Below are positions 53,684-64,000 of a DNA stretch of 64,000 nt, piece by piece. Each line of letters begins with the position of its first letter. Positions within the stretch are counted from its first letter, which is position 1. The position numbers were made by a program, and so were the translations under genes. This DNA is from Octopus sinensis. Taxonomy: Eukaryota. The notes under the pieces are model-generated. The model made no database searches and had not been told where the DNA came from. It saw only the letters and a list, made by a program, of their open reading frames with translations. The DNA lies in assembly GCF_006345805.1 (NCBI RefSeq), contig NC_042998.1:163556001-163620000 (forward strand), read 5' to 3'.

Positions 53684-54488
53684 TATATGGATCAATACAG
53701 TTTGATTCAAATTTGTTGGTACTCCAAGAATTTCAACCATGATGCTAATCTTTAGTCATTTTGAATTTGAATGAAAGAAGTTGATTGTTATTACTGTAAA
53801 ATTGGCTGCGATTAGTTGAGGATGGGCACATGGTGTATGGTTTGATGTTGGTATAACCGTATATCAGTGATGATAGTTAGTTGGAAAACACCACAGGGTG
53901 GTCAGAAAATCAGTCAGGTTGTTGGAGACGGGGTAGGAAGGCGCAGCATGCGCAAGTATATAGTTGTATATGTGGGTTTGTGAATACACTCAGGGTTTTG
54001 CATGCATGTCTCTTGATGCAAGCATGCACACACACATATGAGCAGACATGCACATGGATGCACACATATATACACATACCCATGTACAGTTGCACATGCT
54101 CGCATCAGTACAGATATGCATGCAAAACCAAATGAGTACGTCCACACACCTACATATACAACTATATACTTGCGCATACTGCACCTTCCTACCTCCCCTC
54201 CAACAACCTGACCAATTTCCTGTCCACCACATGGTCGATTTCCTGTCCACCATGTGGTCACTTTCCTGTTCATCATGCGGTGTTTTCCAACTAACTGTTA
54301 TCACTGATATATGGTTATACCAACATCAAACCACAACACCATGTGGCCTTCCTCGACCAATCACAGCCCACCTTACAGTAATAATAATCAACTTCCTTCA
54401 CTCAAATTCAAAATGGCTAAAGATTAGCATCACACTTGAAACTTTCAGAGTGCCAACAAATTTAAATCAAACTGTTTTGATCCATATA
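53684..54488. mobile_element. About 805-bp foldback element with arms of about 330-380 bp
   Basis: 53684-54010 aligns to the reverse complement of 54111-54488; the right arm has extra subrepeats of about 23 bp; no ORF. Confidence 0.85.
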
Positions 54489-54844
54489 TATTCATATATA
54501 TACATATATATATATGTGTGTGTTTGTATGTTATATATCATCATCATCATCATCATCGTTTAATGTCCGCTTTCCATGCTAGCATGGGTTGGACGGTTCA
54601 ACTGGGGTCTGGGAAGCCCGAAGGCTGCACCAGGCCAGTCAGATCTGGCAGTGTTTCTACAGCTGGATGTCCTTCCTAATGCCAACCACTCCGTGAGTGT
54701 AGTGGGTGCTTTTTATGTGCCACCGACACAGGTGCCAGATGAGGCTGGCGATATATATATATATTTATGTGTATGTGTTTGTATGTTTATATATATGTAT
54801 ATATGTATATATGTATGTATGTATATATGTATGTGTGTGTATAT

Positions 54845-55400
54845 AAAAAAGGTTTAATGACGGCATAAGGACTACCATGAATTCACTTGGAATGTATCCA
54901 AAGACCATAGAAATCCTTGCTTCAGATCAAGCTGGATGGTGAACAAAAGTGTGGAGTGGAGTGAAGCATTCGAGAAGGCCAGGATAACACATGCAAGACT
55001 CAAAAGAGATTTAAAGAAGAATGTTGTGATTGAGAAGGCGAATCTCAGTGACCTTTTTGTGTGCACAGTTTGTAATAGACCATGCCTTTCTTTTGTTGGG
55101 CTCAAATCTCATTTGAGGACCCATGGAAAACAAACCCCCACCAACTATTCTGCCTATACATTTGTGCACACCCTTTCAGTGTTGTGTATGCCAAAAGGTC
55201 TGCAATTCTAACAGAGGCCTTAAAGACATTTTAAGATCCACAAAGAGCTGAACTTAACTGCAGCTCTTGGTGGTCCAAATCAGATATGCAATCTATGTGG
55301 GTGTCTTTTCAATACATTGTCTGGTTTAAAAGGCCACATCAGACTATGACGAATCGAAAGTGTAGGTACAAGTGGTGGTCAGGCTCTGCATGAAGAGTAG
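54845..55400 (+). mobile_element. RTE-type LINE C-terminal fragment with three C2H2 zinc fingers
   Basis: KKRFNDGIRTTM...ILASDQAGW*TKVWSGV..FEKAR is the RTE post-RT pattern. Fingers at 55062-55124, 55180-55241 and 55287-55349. Confidence 0.75.
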
Positions 55401-55409
55401 ACAACCATC

Positions 55410-55456
<47 letters not shown>

Positions 55457-55524
55457 TGTATGTATGTATGTAGTTGTATGTATGTATGTATGTATGTATG
55501 TATGTATGTATGTATGTATGTATG

Positions 55525-55555
<31 letters not shown>

Positions 55556-55856
55556 TGTATGTATGTAATGTAGTTGTATGTATGTATGTATGTATTATGT
55601 ATGTATGTATGTATGATGTATGTATGTATGTATGTATGTATGTATGTATGTATGTATGTATGTATGTATGTATGTATGTATGTATGTATGTATGTATGTA
55701 TGTATGTATGTATGTATTATGTTGTATGTATGTATGTATGTATGTATGTATGTATGTATGTATGTATGTATGTATGTAGTATGTATGTATGTATGTATGT
55801 ATGTATGTATGTATGTATGTATGTATTATGTATGTTGTTGTATGTATGTATGTCTG

Positions 55857-55898
<42 letters not shown>

Positions 55899-56000
55899 AT
55901 GTATGTATGTATGTATGTGTATATGTATGTATGTGTGTATATATTATGTATGTGTGTATATATATATGTATGTGTATATATTTATATGTAGCTGTGTAAT
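55410..56000. repeat. (ATGT)n tetranucleotide microsatellite, about 600 bp
   Basis: Directly visible; source of the YVCM ORFs. Confidence 0.95.
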
Positions 56001-56035
56001 ATATAATATAATATATATGATCTCAGCACAAGGAG

Positions 56036-56037
<2 letters not shown>

Positions 56038-56067
<30 letters not shown>

Positions 56068-59000
56068 TGTGTACAGTGCTCAGGTGCACTACAACTCATC
56101 TAAAGTGTATATATAATCAGGTGTAGTTTCGGCGGATTTCGGAAAGCATGAGGGCCTTAAAAGATGCAGTGTCATGGCAGTCAACAACTGACGCAGGCAG
56201 TTTATTCCATGCTTCAGCAACTCTGAGCGTGAAAAAATGTTTCCGAAAGTCATGGGAGCTGTATTGTTTTCTGACTTTGTAGGCATGTCCACGTGTGTTA
56301 GACACATGGAGATCAAAAAGGTGTTCAGTGTTGTTGTTGGTGAGGTGGTTGATAACTTTGTGGGTGTTTACCAAGTCCGTCGCCAAACGCCGGAGCTTCA
56401 GTGAATCCATGCCCAGGGAAACAAGGCGCTCAGAATATGGTAGGTGTCTGATGGAGGGTATGCGTTTGGTTGCACGTCTCTGGACAGATTCCAGGAGGTC
56501 AATGTTCTGTGCAAGATAGGGGTTCCAAACTGATGATGCGAATTCCAAGTGTGGTCGTACCATAGCTGTATACAGTTTTAAATAGATGGCTGGAGAGCGG
56601 CTAACAAAAGACCTGCTGAGTGATGCCAAGACACCCTCGGCTTTCCTGACAATCTTAGAGATATGCTTTGACCAACGCAAATCACTGCTGACAGTGATGC
56701 CTAGGTCACGCTCGCAAGAGGATTTCTTGATATCAGTGTTGTGGAGGGAGTATGTGAACGCAGGGTTTTTTCTCCCAAAATGCATGGTGGTACACTTGTC
56801 CACAGCCAGTTTCAGTTGCCAGTCTGTGATCCATTGCTGCATTGTGTCTAGGTCTGATTGCAGGAAAGAGTTGTAGACATCAGGATCTGTCCTCTTGATT
56901 TCAAGGTACAGCTTGATGTCGTCTGCATATTTCAATACTGTGGCATTCTTTAAATTGGCATCTATGTCGTTAATGTATGCCACAACAAGAGGGGACCAAG
57001 GACAGATCCCTGTGGTACACCCGATGACATCTCATATGGTGTAGAGTGCTGTCCTAGAACTGTGACTACCTCCTTTCGGCTGAGATGAAGGATTTCAACC
57101 AGTTAAAAAGGTCATCCCCCACACCCATTGCAGAGAGTTTCACCATAAGCCTTTTGTGTGGCACAGAGTGAAAGCCTTAGCAAAGTCAAGGTAGACAACA
57201 TCCACCCATGAGCCACTGTCAGTAATCTGAGTAATGTCCTCAAGGAACTCGACAAGCTGGTCACTGCAGCTGGAGTTAGGGACAAATCCATATTGTGAGG
57301 GTCGGATGAGACTGTGAGAGCTCCAGAAGTTCCAGAGTGTTTCTCTGACACACAATTCCATCAGTTTTGCAATACAGCTAGTGAGACTGACTGGGCGATA
57401 GTTGACAGGTGATGTGCGATCGCCCTTTTTGAACAGAGGAATGACACTGGCAGTTTCCACTGCTCCGGAGTAGCACCATTGTTGAGACAGTACTGGAAGA
57501 AAATAGAAAGCTGGTGTAAAAGGAAGTGCCTGCCACGTTTGAGAAGCAGGTATGTAACTCCATCGAGACCAGGGGAGGCATAGTTGCGCTATTTTGAAGG
57601 TGACGTCGCAGCATTGCAGGTGTAAATTCCATAGTTGTTATGGAGTTTGCTGTTAGTGATGGTGAAGATGGTACATTTTGACTTTCAACAGTCAATATGT
57701 TTGCATAGCACTCGGCAATGAGTTCTGCGCATTCCTTGGGGTTGTCAGTGATCTGGTTTGTGTGAGGGTTGCGAAGAGGGCCCACTGGAGAGTGAGGTCT
57801 CTGCTTTGAGTGCACATATTTCCAGAAAACCTTGCTGTCAGGATTGGCTGCTATGCACTGTTCAAATTCAAGCACTGCTTTTTTTGTCACTTGCTTGAGA
57901 TGGTTGGAGGATTTATTCCGCTTCTTCCTGTTGGTGTCTGATTTATGCAACCTGTATTCCCGTTCAGCAGTCCGACGTTCCCTCCTGGCAAGTCGGACCG
58001 CTGAAGTTTCCCAAATTGCCCTTTTGGGGCGGTTCTTCTTTTTTGTTTACGTGGCACTGATGCTGCACATGCTGCCCATATTGAGTCCAGGATACTCTGG
58101 AGTATAGTATTCACATCTCCAGAGTTGTAGAATTCACGCCAGTTTGGGTGCTGTAGTTCAGTGTGTGGTACAGGTTCCAATCTGCTCTCTTCCAATCGAA
58201 GGAAGCAGATTGGAGATGGTTCAGGTTTTTGTTGCCTGCAAGAGCCAGATTGGCGATGATCATAGCATGATCAGAGTCACCTAGAGGTTCCTCCGTAGTG
58301 CAATTGATAACCGCTTCAGGAGTTGTGGTGAAGAGCAGGTCCAAGGTGTTGTCGCCTCTTGTTGGAGAGGTGACTACTCATGACCAGTTTGAGTCCAGCA
58401 CAAGCTCAACAAAATCGTTTGCACTCTGTGGCCAATGGAAGGTCTCCCAATCGATCTCAGGATGATTGAAATCGCCTGCAATAAACACATAAGTGGCTGT
58501 TTTCCTGGCAGCAGCTCGGAGGACATTGCAAAGCTGTGTGTCCCGATGGTAACTTGGGGGACGATAAACAACGCCAAGCAGGAGTGTTGACATGGTCATA
58601 CGCACGTCACAGAAAAAAACTTCTTGTGATTCGTTCAAATCGGCACAAGGAATTACCAAAAAATTTGAACGAACGTAGACCATCACACCACCACCACGGC
58701 GGCGTTAGTGCGGTCCTTACGGAAGAGGTTGTATCCCGTAATGTTGAAAACCCCATCACAGAGTAAGGAATGCGCCCATGTTTCCGTGACAGTGATGAAG
58801 TCAGGGTCAACACTTCTGACGTAGGCGTTGAACAAATGTATTTTGTTGCATAAACTGCGAGCATTTAAGGACAACAATTTGTACCTGCTCGCAGTTTATG
58901 ATGGTGTGTAGAGAATGGCAGGTTGTTCTGGCTTAGTTTCCCTGAGTTGCTGTAGTCTTTTTAGTTATTGTGGGTAGAGAGCACTCAGACCAGCTGTATC

Positions 59001-59390
59001 TCTCTTCCACATTTCAGCAGTCTTGACAAATCTCCAGATTTGTCCATCTTCCCGAAGACTGAAGCTTTCTGTAGAGCTGAGTTCCTATTCAGGGAAGCCA
59101 CTACACGTAGCTTCGGACGTACATCGGACGGTAAGCCTGGGCGTGTTCGGAAGGTGGTCCGATTTTCCTGCCCAGCTTTAACTGAGGCCAGATGGTAAGA
59201 GGTTGCCTCAGTGGGGTCCGTAAAAGACAACTTGATGAGCCTAGGTTTTGGGCCAGGTCGTCCAAGGCGGATAGCACCCGTTGGGGGAACGCAGCCTAGG
59301 TCTTTGGCTGAGTTGGCAGCAAAAGCCTGAAGATCAGCCATGTCTTCTGGCACCCCAATGGCAATGACTTCATAACAGGAAAACACACAA
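56038..59390 (-). mobile_element. Second CR1-group LINE, about 3.35 kb: partial ORF1 plus APE-RT, frameshifted
   Basis: ORF1-like 58985-59386 (AIGVPED...IRLGRPGPKPRLIKLSF). APE motifs LSLNARSL, ITVTETW, VYRPP, IAGDFNHP and SDHAMI. RT motifs NYRPVSLTSC, YLDFAKAF and YADDIK; 288-aa open C-terminal half. (TAA)n tail. Confidence 0.93.
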
Positions 59391-59652
59391 AATAGACACA
59401 GATAGGTTCAATCCCCTCATCAGTTATCAACCAAATACCACCAGAATTTCAACACTTATGATAATAGTCTTCAATTTGAGAGCATCAGCTATAAAAAGTT
59501 ATTGGTCTAAAATTGAGCAGACATTAAAAGGCATACAAGCTGAAAAAAAATTAAGATGAGTTCAGTAACAAGAACAGAAGTTTCTAGACTGGATAGTAAA
59601 TAAAGGTGATTTGTGAAGAAAATATGATGGGTTTTTTTTATCCTCCTTACAG

Positions 59653-59732
59653 ACTATGAGCACCTTCTTCGGATGAAAGATGATGGTAAGAAGACAGAGA
59701 TGGAAGCAGAATTGAAACTTTTGAGAAGGGAG
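59653..59732 (+). CDS. CNTLN: Probable third centlein-like exon
   Basis: Strong acceptor gtttttttatcctccttacag| and donor gag|gtaact. Phase 1 start fits the previous exon (G|AC = Asp). Translates DYEHLLRMKDDGKKTEMEAELKLLRRE, charged and coiled-coil-like; similarity to the vertebrate protein is weak. Confidence 0.62.
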
Positions 59733-62467
59733 GTAACTGGAATATTTTGAAGTCTCTTGAAACATTCTTTTGCATATTCCATATACTCACACATGCACAC
59801 ATATACTCACACACATATACATGCTCTCATACACATACTCACTCACAGAGCTACCAGATATGCATTCGTGTACAGATGTCTTAGTTTATCAAGTCAAATA
59901 TATGGTAAACAAAATACTTACTTATGATATCTCATATAGAGTAAGTCCCTTCAACATTCAACTTTGTAATTCTATAGTATTTATCATTTTATATCTATAG
60001 AAGGCATGTAGCTTTGACATCTTTATCTTCTTGCTGACATTTTTTTTTATGTTTTGAACACTCAGAAATGATATGATTACAATTTTCCAAGCTATTACTC
60101 TCATCTTTAGAGTATATATTGTATATTTTTACAGCTTTTTTACATCTACATTATCATCATTATCATTTAATGTCTGTTTTTTATGCTAACATGGTTGGAT
60201 GCTTTGAGCTGGCTAAACTGAAGACTGCACCAGGCTTCACTGTCTGTTTTGACAAGGTTTCTATGGTTGGATGCCCTTCTTAATACCAACCACCATACAG
60301 AGTGGACTGAGTACCTTTTATGTGGCACCAGCACCAGTGAGATCTATTTTGGCATGGTTTTTACAGCTGGATGCCCTTTCAAACACCAACCATTTTACAT
60401 TGTGAACTGAATGCTTTTTACATGGCACCAGCAGTATGTTTCATTAAATTTGATCACTGGTCACCATTCTTGGTTGTGGATGTATGTAGCCCATGTCTTG
60501 ATTTGAACTGAGAGCATTGTTCTAAAGAACAATAACGTTGTTATTTACAAGTTTACTAATAATCAGTCTGATCAAAGCATAACATTAGGGGTGGTTCAAA
60601 GTACCAGCAGCTTGGGCAGTTGGCCAGAGTGCCACGTGCTAGGAGGCACCAAGAGGGAGCATGACAAAGATGAGGAAATTTCATGACCATCAGCTTGTAC
60701 ATGCCAAAGTTCAACTTGCCTAGGGCACCAGCAACCCTAGGGCCAATAGATGTAAATATTGCAAGAATACAATTTAAAGACAGGATTAATAGTCAGCAAA
60801 ACTACGTAGTCCCATTGAGAATTATTTCAGCTATTTAAATAATCAGAAACATGGGTACCATAATACTTTTGGCACCATCTTGTCTCTTGTTCTGTGATAT
60901 AAATTTTTTGTTTTAAAGTGATAATTTTACGTTAGTTTATGTTCTAAACACCATCTTAATCCTTTCTACAATAGTCACAAAGCCTGAAATTTTAGGGATA
61001 CAGCTAATTAATTTCATTGACCTCAGTGCTTGAGTGGTACTTAATTTATTGATTCTGAAAGGATGAAAGGTAATGTTGACCTCAGTAAATTCTGAGATGG
61101 ACGGAATGTCACTAAGCATTTCGTCAGGTGTGCTACTGTTTTCGCTAACATGCTGCCTTTTTTTAAAAAAAAAGAAATGCACAAATGTAGCCATGATTTT
61201 TTTTTTATTTGCGTCTTTTATCCGTAAAGTATCTTTTACTAGTTTCAGTCACTGGACTGCATCCATGCTAGGGCACTGCACTTAATGGCTTTAATCAAAC
61301 AAGTGGACCCCACTATTTAGTTTTTAAGCTTAATATCTATTCTGTCAGTGTTCTTTACTGACCTGCAAATTTAGAGTGACCAGCACTAGTTGTCAAATGG
61401 TTACCTGGGAAAGGGGGTCAAGCACAAACACATTGACATACTTAAGCACACTCACTCACATACAACAGGCTTCAACACAGTTTTCATCTACCAAATTCAC
61501 TTACAAGGCATTGGTCTGCTTGGGGGTTATAGTGGAAGACATCTTCCCATGGTGACACACAGTTGAACTGAACTCAGAACCACATGATTGCATCTCTCTT
61601 CAAAACTTCATTTAATATCTTTTCAAACTTAAGATAGTTGAAATTATCTATAGAATATACATATCAGTTCCCTGAATTTGGGAGCCACTGCTTTTGGCCA
61701 TTCTTTGTAGTATAGTTCAGAAATACTGGCAGTGGGTGTAGTTTTTTAAAATATATAAAATTAAAAAAGAAGCATGTCAAATTGGCATTATCATGTTAGA
61801 GATGTAAATGGAAATGATAAACGTATTTGAAACTTGATCTTGTGATATTTGAGATCAGCTTATGCCATTTTAAATGTTGAAAGAGAAGCTATTTTGACAA
61901 ATAACTGTGTAATAAATTAAAATATTTATACTCCAGGAATATAAATTTTTTACATTTCTTTTTTTGAATCTTTTCAAATGAAAACATTCTTGTACCATGT
62001 ATCCTTTTACGTGTTTCTTTTTCTTGTCTTGCTTTTGTTATTTTGACACACACACACACACACACACACACATGATATAGTTGTCAAATCTCCTCTGTTC
62101 AGTTGGATCATAGGTAGGAGGCTGGGAAAGTGTCTTTTCTGCCTGCAACTACATGGGCACCTAAATACAGTTAACAAAAGCATGGTACTTACCATTCAGT
62201 TATACTGCTTGGAAGTGATGACCATGGTTTTCTACACATGCACATGTGCTGGTAACACATAAAAGGCAGCTGTGCCGGTTACACGCAAAAGACATCCACT
62301 ACACTCTATGGAGTGGTGGGCATTAGGAAGGGCAGCCAGTCGTAGAAACCAAGCTGAAATAGACTGGAGCCTGGTACAGCTCTTCAGCTTATCAGCTCTA
62401 TTCAGACTGTCTTACCCATCTCATCATGGAAAATGGTTGCTAAATGGTGATGATGAATCACACACAT

Positions 62468-62508
<41 letters not shown>

Positions 62509-62577
62509 TGCACACATATCAATGAATGAATGACAAAAGAACAGGAGTTACATAATTACCTTCATTAGTTTACAGCT

Positions 62578-62715
62578 GTTTCTGCTATAAGGAACAGTGC
62601 ACTCAGAGCTGATTGCTTTTATAACATCCTATAGCTTTCTTGGAGCCATTAAAATGAAGTATATGTTCATTTGAGAAGCACTTAGTTCTGAGTGCTCAGT
62701 TTCTTATAGCAAAAA
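62578..62715. mobile_element. Small MITE-like inverted-repeat element
   Basis: ttctgctataaggaacagtgcactcagagct versus agttctgagtgctcagtttcttatagcaaaa. Confidence 0.5.
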
Positions 62716-62815
62716 TGACAGTTTTAATCCTTTAGCATTTAAACCGGCCATATTCCAGCCCAAATATTCTGTTTTATGTTCAAACTGGCTAGATTTGGCT
62801 ATATCCTTAGATATA

Positions 62816-63704
62816 CAGAGTGTTCTAGAGGTCTTGGGCACATTTTGACATTGAATATCTCGAAAACGATTAAGGACATAAAACGCATCTGATATATTCT
62901 GAAAGCCTGCAATTTCAAGTTTTTTATGGAATGTTCAATGTGAGCACCGTTGGTCACACAGCACACATCAAGCCGATAGTCCAATTCTTGCCAAACGCAT
63001 TCCAGCATTGTGTTGTCGATGGTTCTAACAGCTTTCGTTATTCGGGCCTTCAGTTCATCCACGTCTTTTGGAAGAGGAAGCATATAGACCAGTCCTTTCA
63101 CAAATGCCCACAAAAAGAAATCACAGGATGTGAGATCTGGAGACCTGGGAGGCCAGGGCATAAGAACGCAATCATCTCACCCAGACCGTCCAATCAATCT
63201 GTCTGGCAGTGTTGTGTACAGATATTGTCTAACCCTGAGTCTCCAGTGCGGTGACACCCCATCCTGTTGGAAAATGAAGTCCCACCTGGCTCTTCTGATC
63301 GATTTACAGGGGCTCTGCTCGAAGGCAGTTCGAACTCACTCAACCGTATCACCTGAAGTTTAGGGGCGTCCTGTTCTCTTAGCTGGGCACAAACAAACAT
63401 CCTTCATGAATTTACCATGCCCTCTCAATATGGACTTCCTTTCTGGTGCTTCTTTCTGGAATTTTGTGCGAAACGCACGTTGAACAAGTGTCCATGATCC
63501 AGTTTTTGCAAATTCAAGGATGCAAAATGCCTTTTCTGGTTGAGTGAACGCCATTACTGGATCTGAAAAAATATGAAAAAATCATTAACATTACAAAAAC
63601 TTAATGAATTTAGCTTTAAAATGGTACCAATTTCATCTTACTACCAATCATAGTCCAACAGATATGAGGACTTAAAATGTGCCCAAGACTTCTGGAACAC
63701 CCTG
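62816..63704 (-). mobile_element. Internally deleted Tc1/mariner-superfamily element (rosa/DD41D-like), nested in a TTAA-type MITE
   Basis: TA-flanked TIRs cagagtgttctagaggtcttgggcacatttt and aaaatgtgcccaagacttctggaacaccctg. N-terminus MAFTQPEKAFCILEFAKTGS...GRP; C-terminus WPPRSPDLTSCDFFLWAFVK...NGAHIEH. Confidence 0.88.
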
Positions 63705-64000
63705 TATAATCACATCACTGGAATCCTGATGCTATAAGAGAACACATGATTAATTCAAAACAATGTAAATATATGAGCATTACATTTGACAAAGTAATCT
63801 AAATGCAAGCCCATTTTATTTCACCCACAGGCTGATATACTTGTATGTACAGAATACAGTAAAATTTTTCAATTATAAAATTTACACAATATTCATATGC
63901 CTATTTGTGACAGGTCACATTTCCACTACAACTTAAAATGGTTAGACTCAAACAGAAACTCGTCCAGTAATTGCCATTTGAATGGAAATTTTGTTTTCAC

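Noticed and set aside
54936-55211. Host C2H2 zinc-finger gene
   Set aside because: Continuous with an RTE post-RT segment, disrupted, and lacks TGEKP linkers and splice signals.

Overview
Eukaryotic, very AT-rich and microsatellite-dense DNA. The repeat families and simple-repeat load look like an octopod cephalopod (Octopus-like); this is inferred from pattern recognition, not a database hit. The window is mostly two very large introns (about 17.1 kb and 37.4 kb) of a + strand centlein-like (CNTLN) gene. Three small, phase-compatible GT-AG exons are visible (4945-5076, 22187-22287, 59653-59732). The introns hold two long antisense CR1/L2-group LINEs (28230-31922, 56038-59390), RTE LINE pieces, many tRNA-derived SINEs, deleted mariner/Tc1/maT transposons, TTAA-flanked MITEs, long foldback elements, Penelope-like fragments and kb-scale (TA)n/(ATGT)n blocks. 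Most ORFs in the supplied track are microsatellite translation noise. Best leads: an RTE C-terminus with three tandem C2H2 fingers, a CCCH-finger ORF1 LINE that may be intact and shares its 3' tail with a local SINE family, minimal hammerhead-ribozyme-like motifs, and a cluster of long intronic inverted repeats (candidate dsRNA/ADAR substrates).
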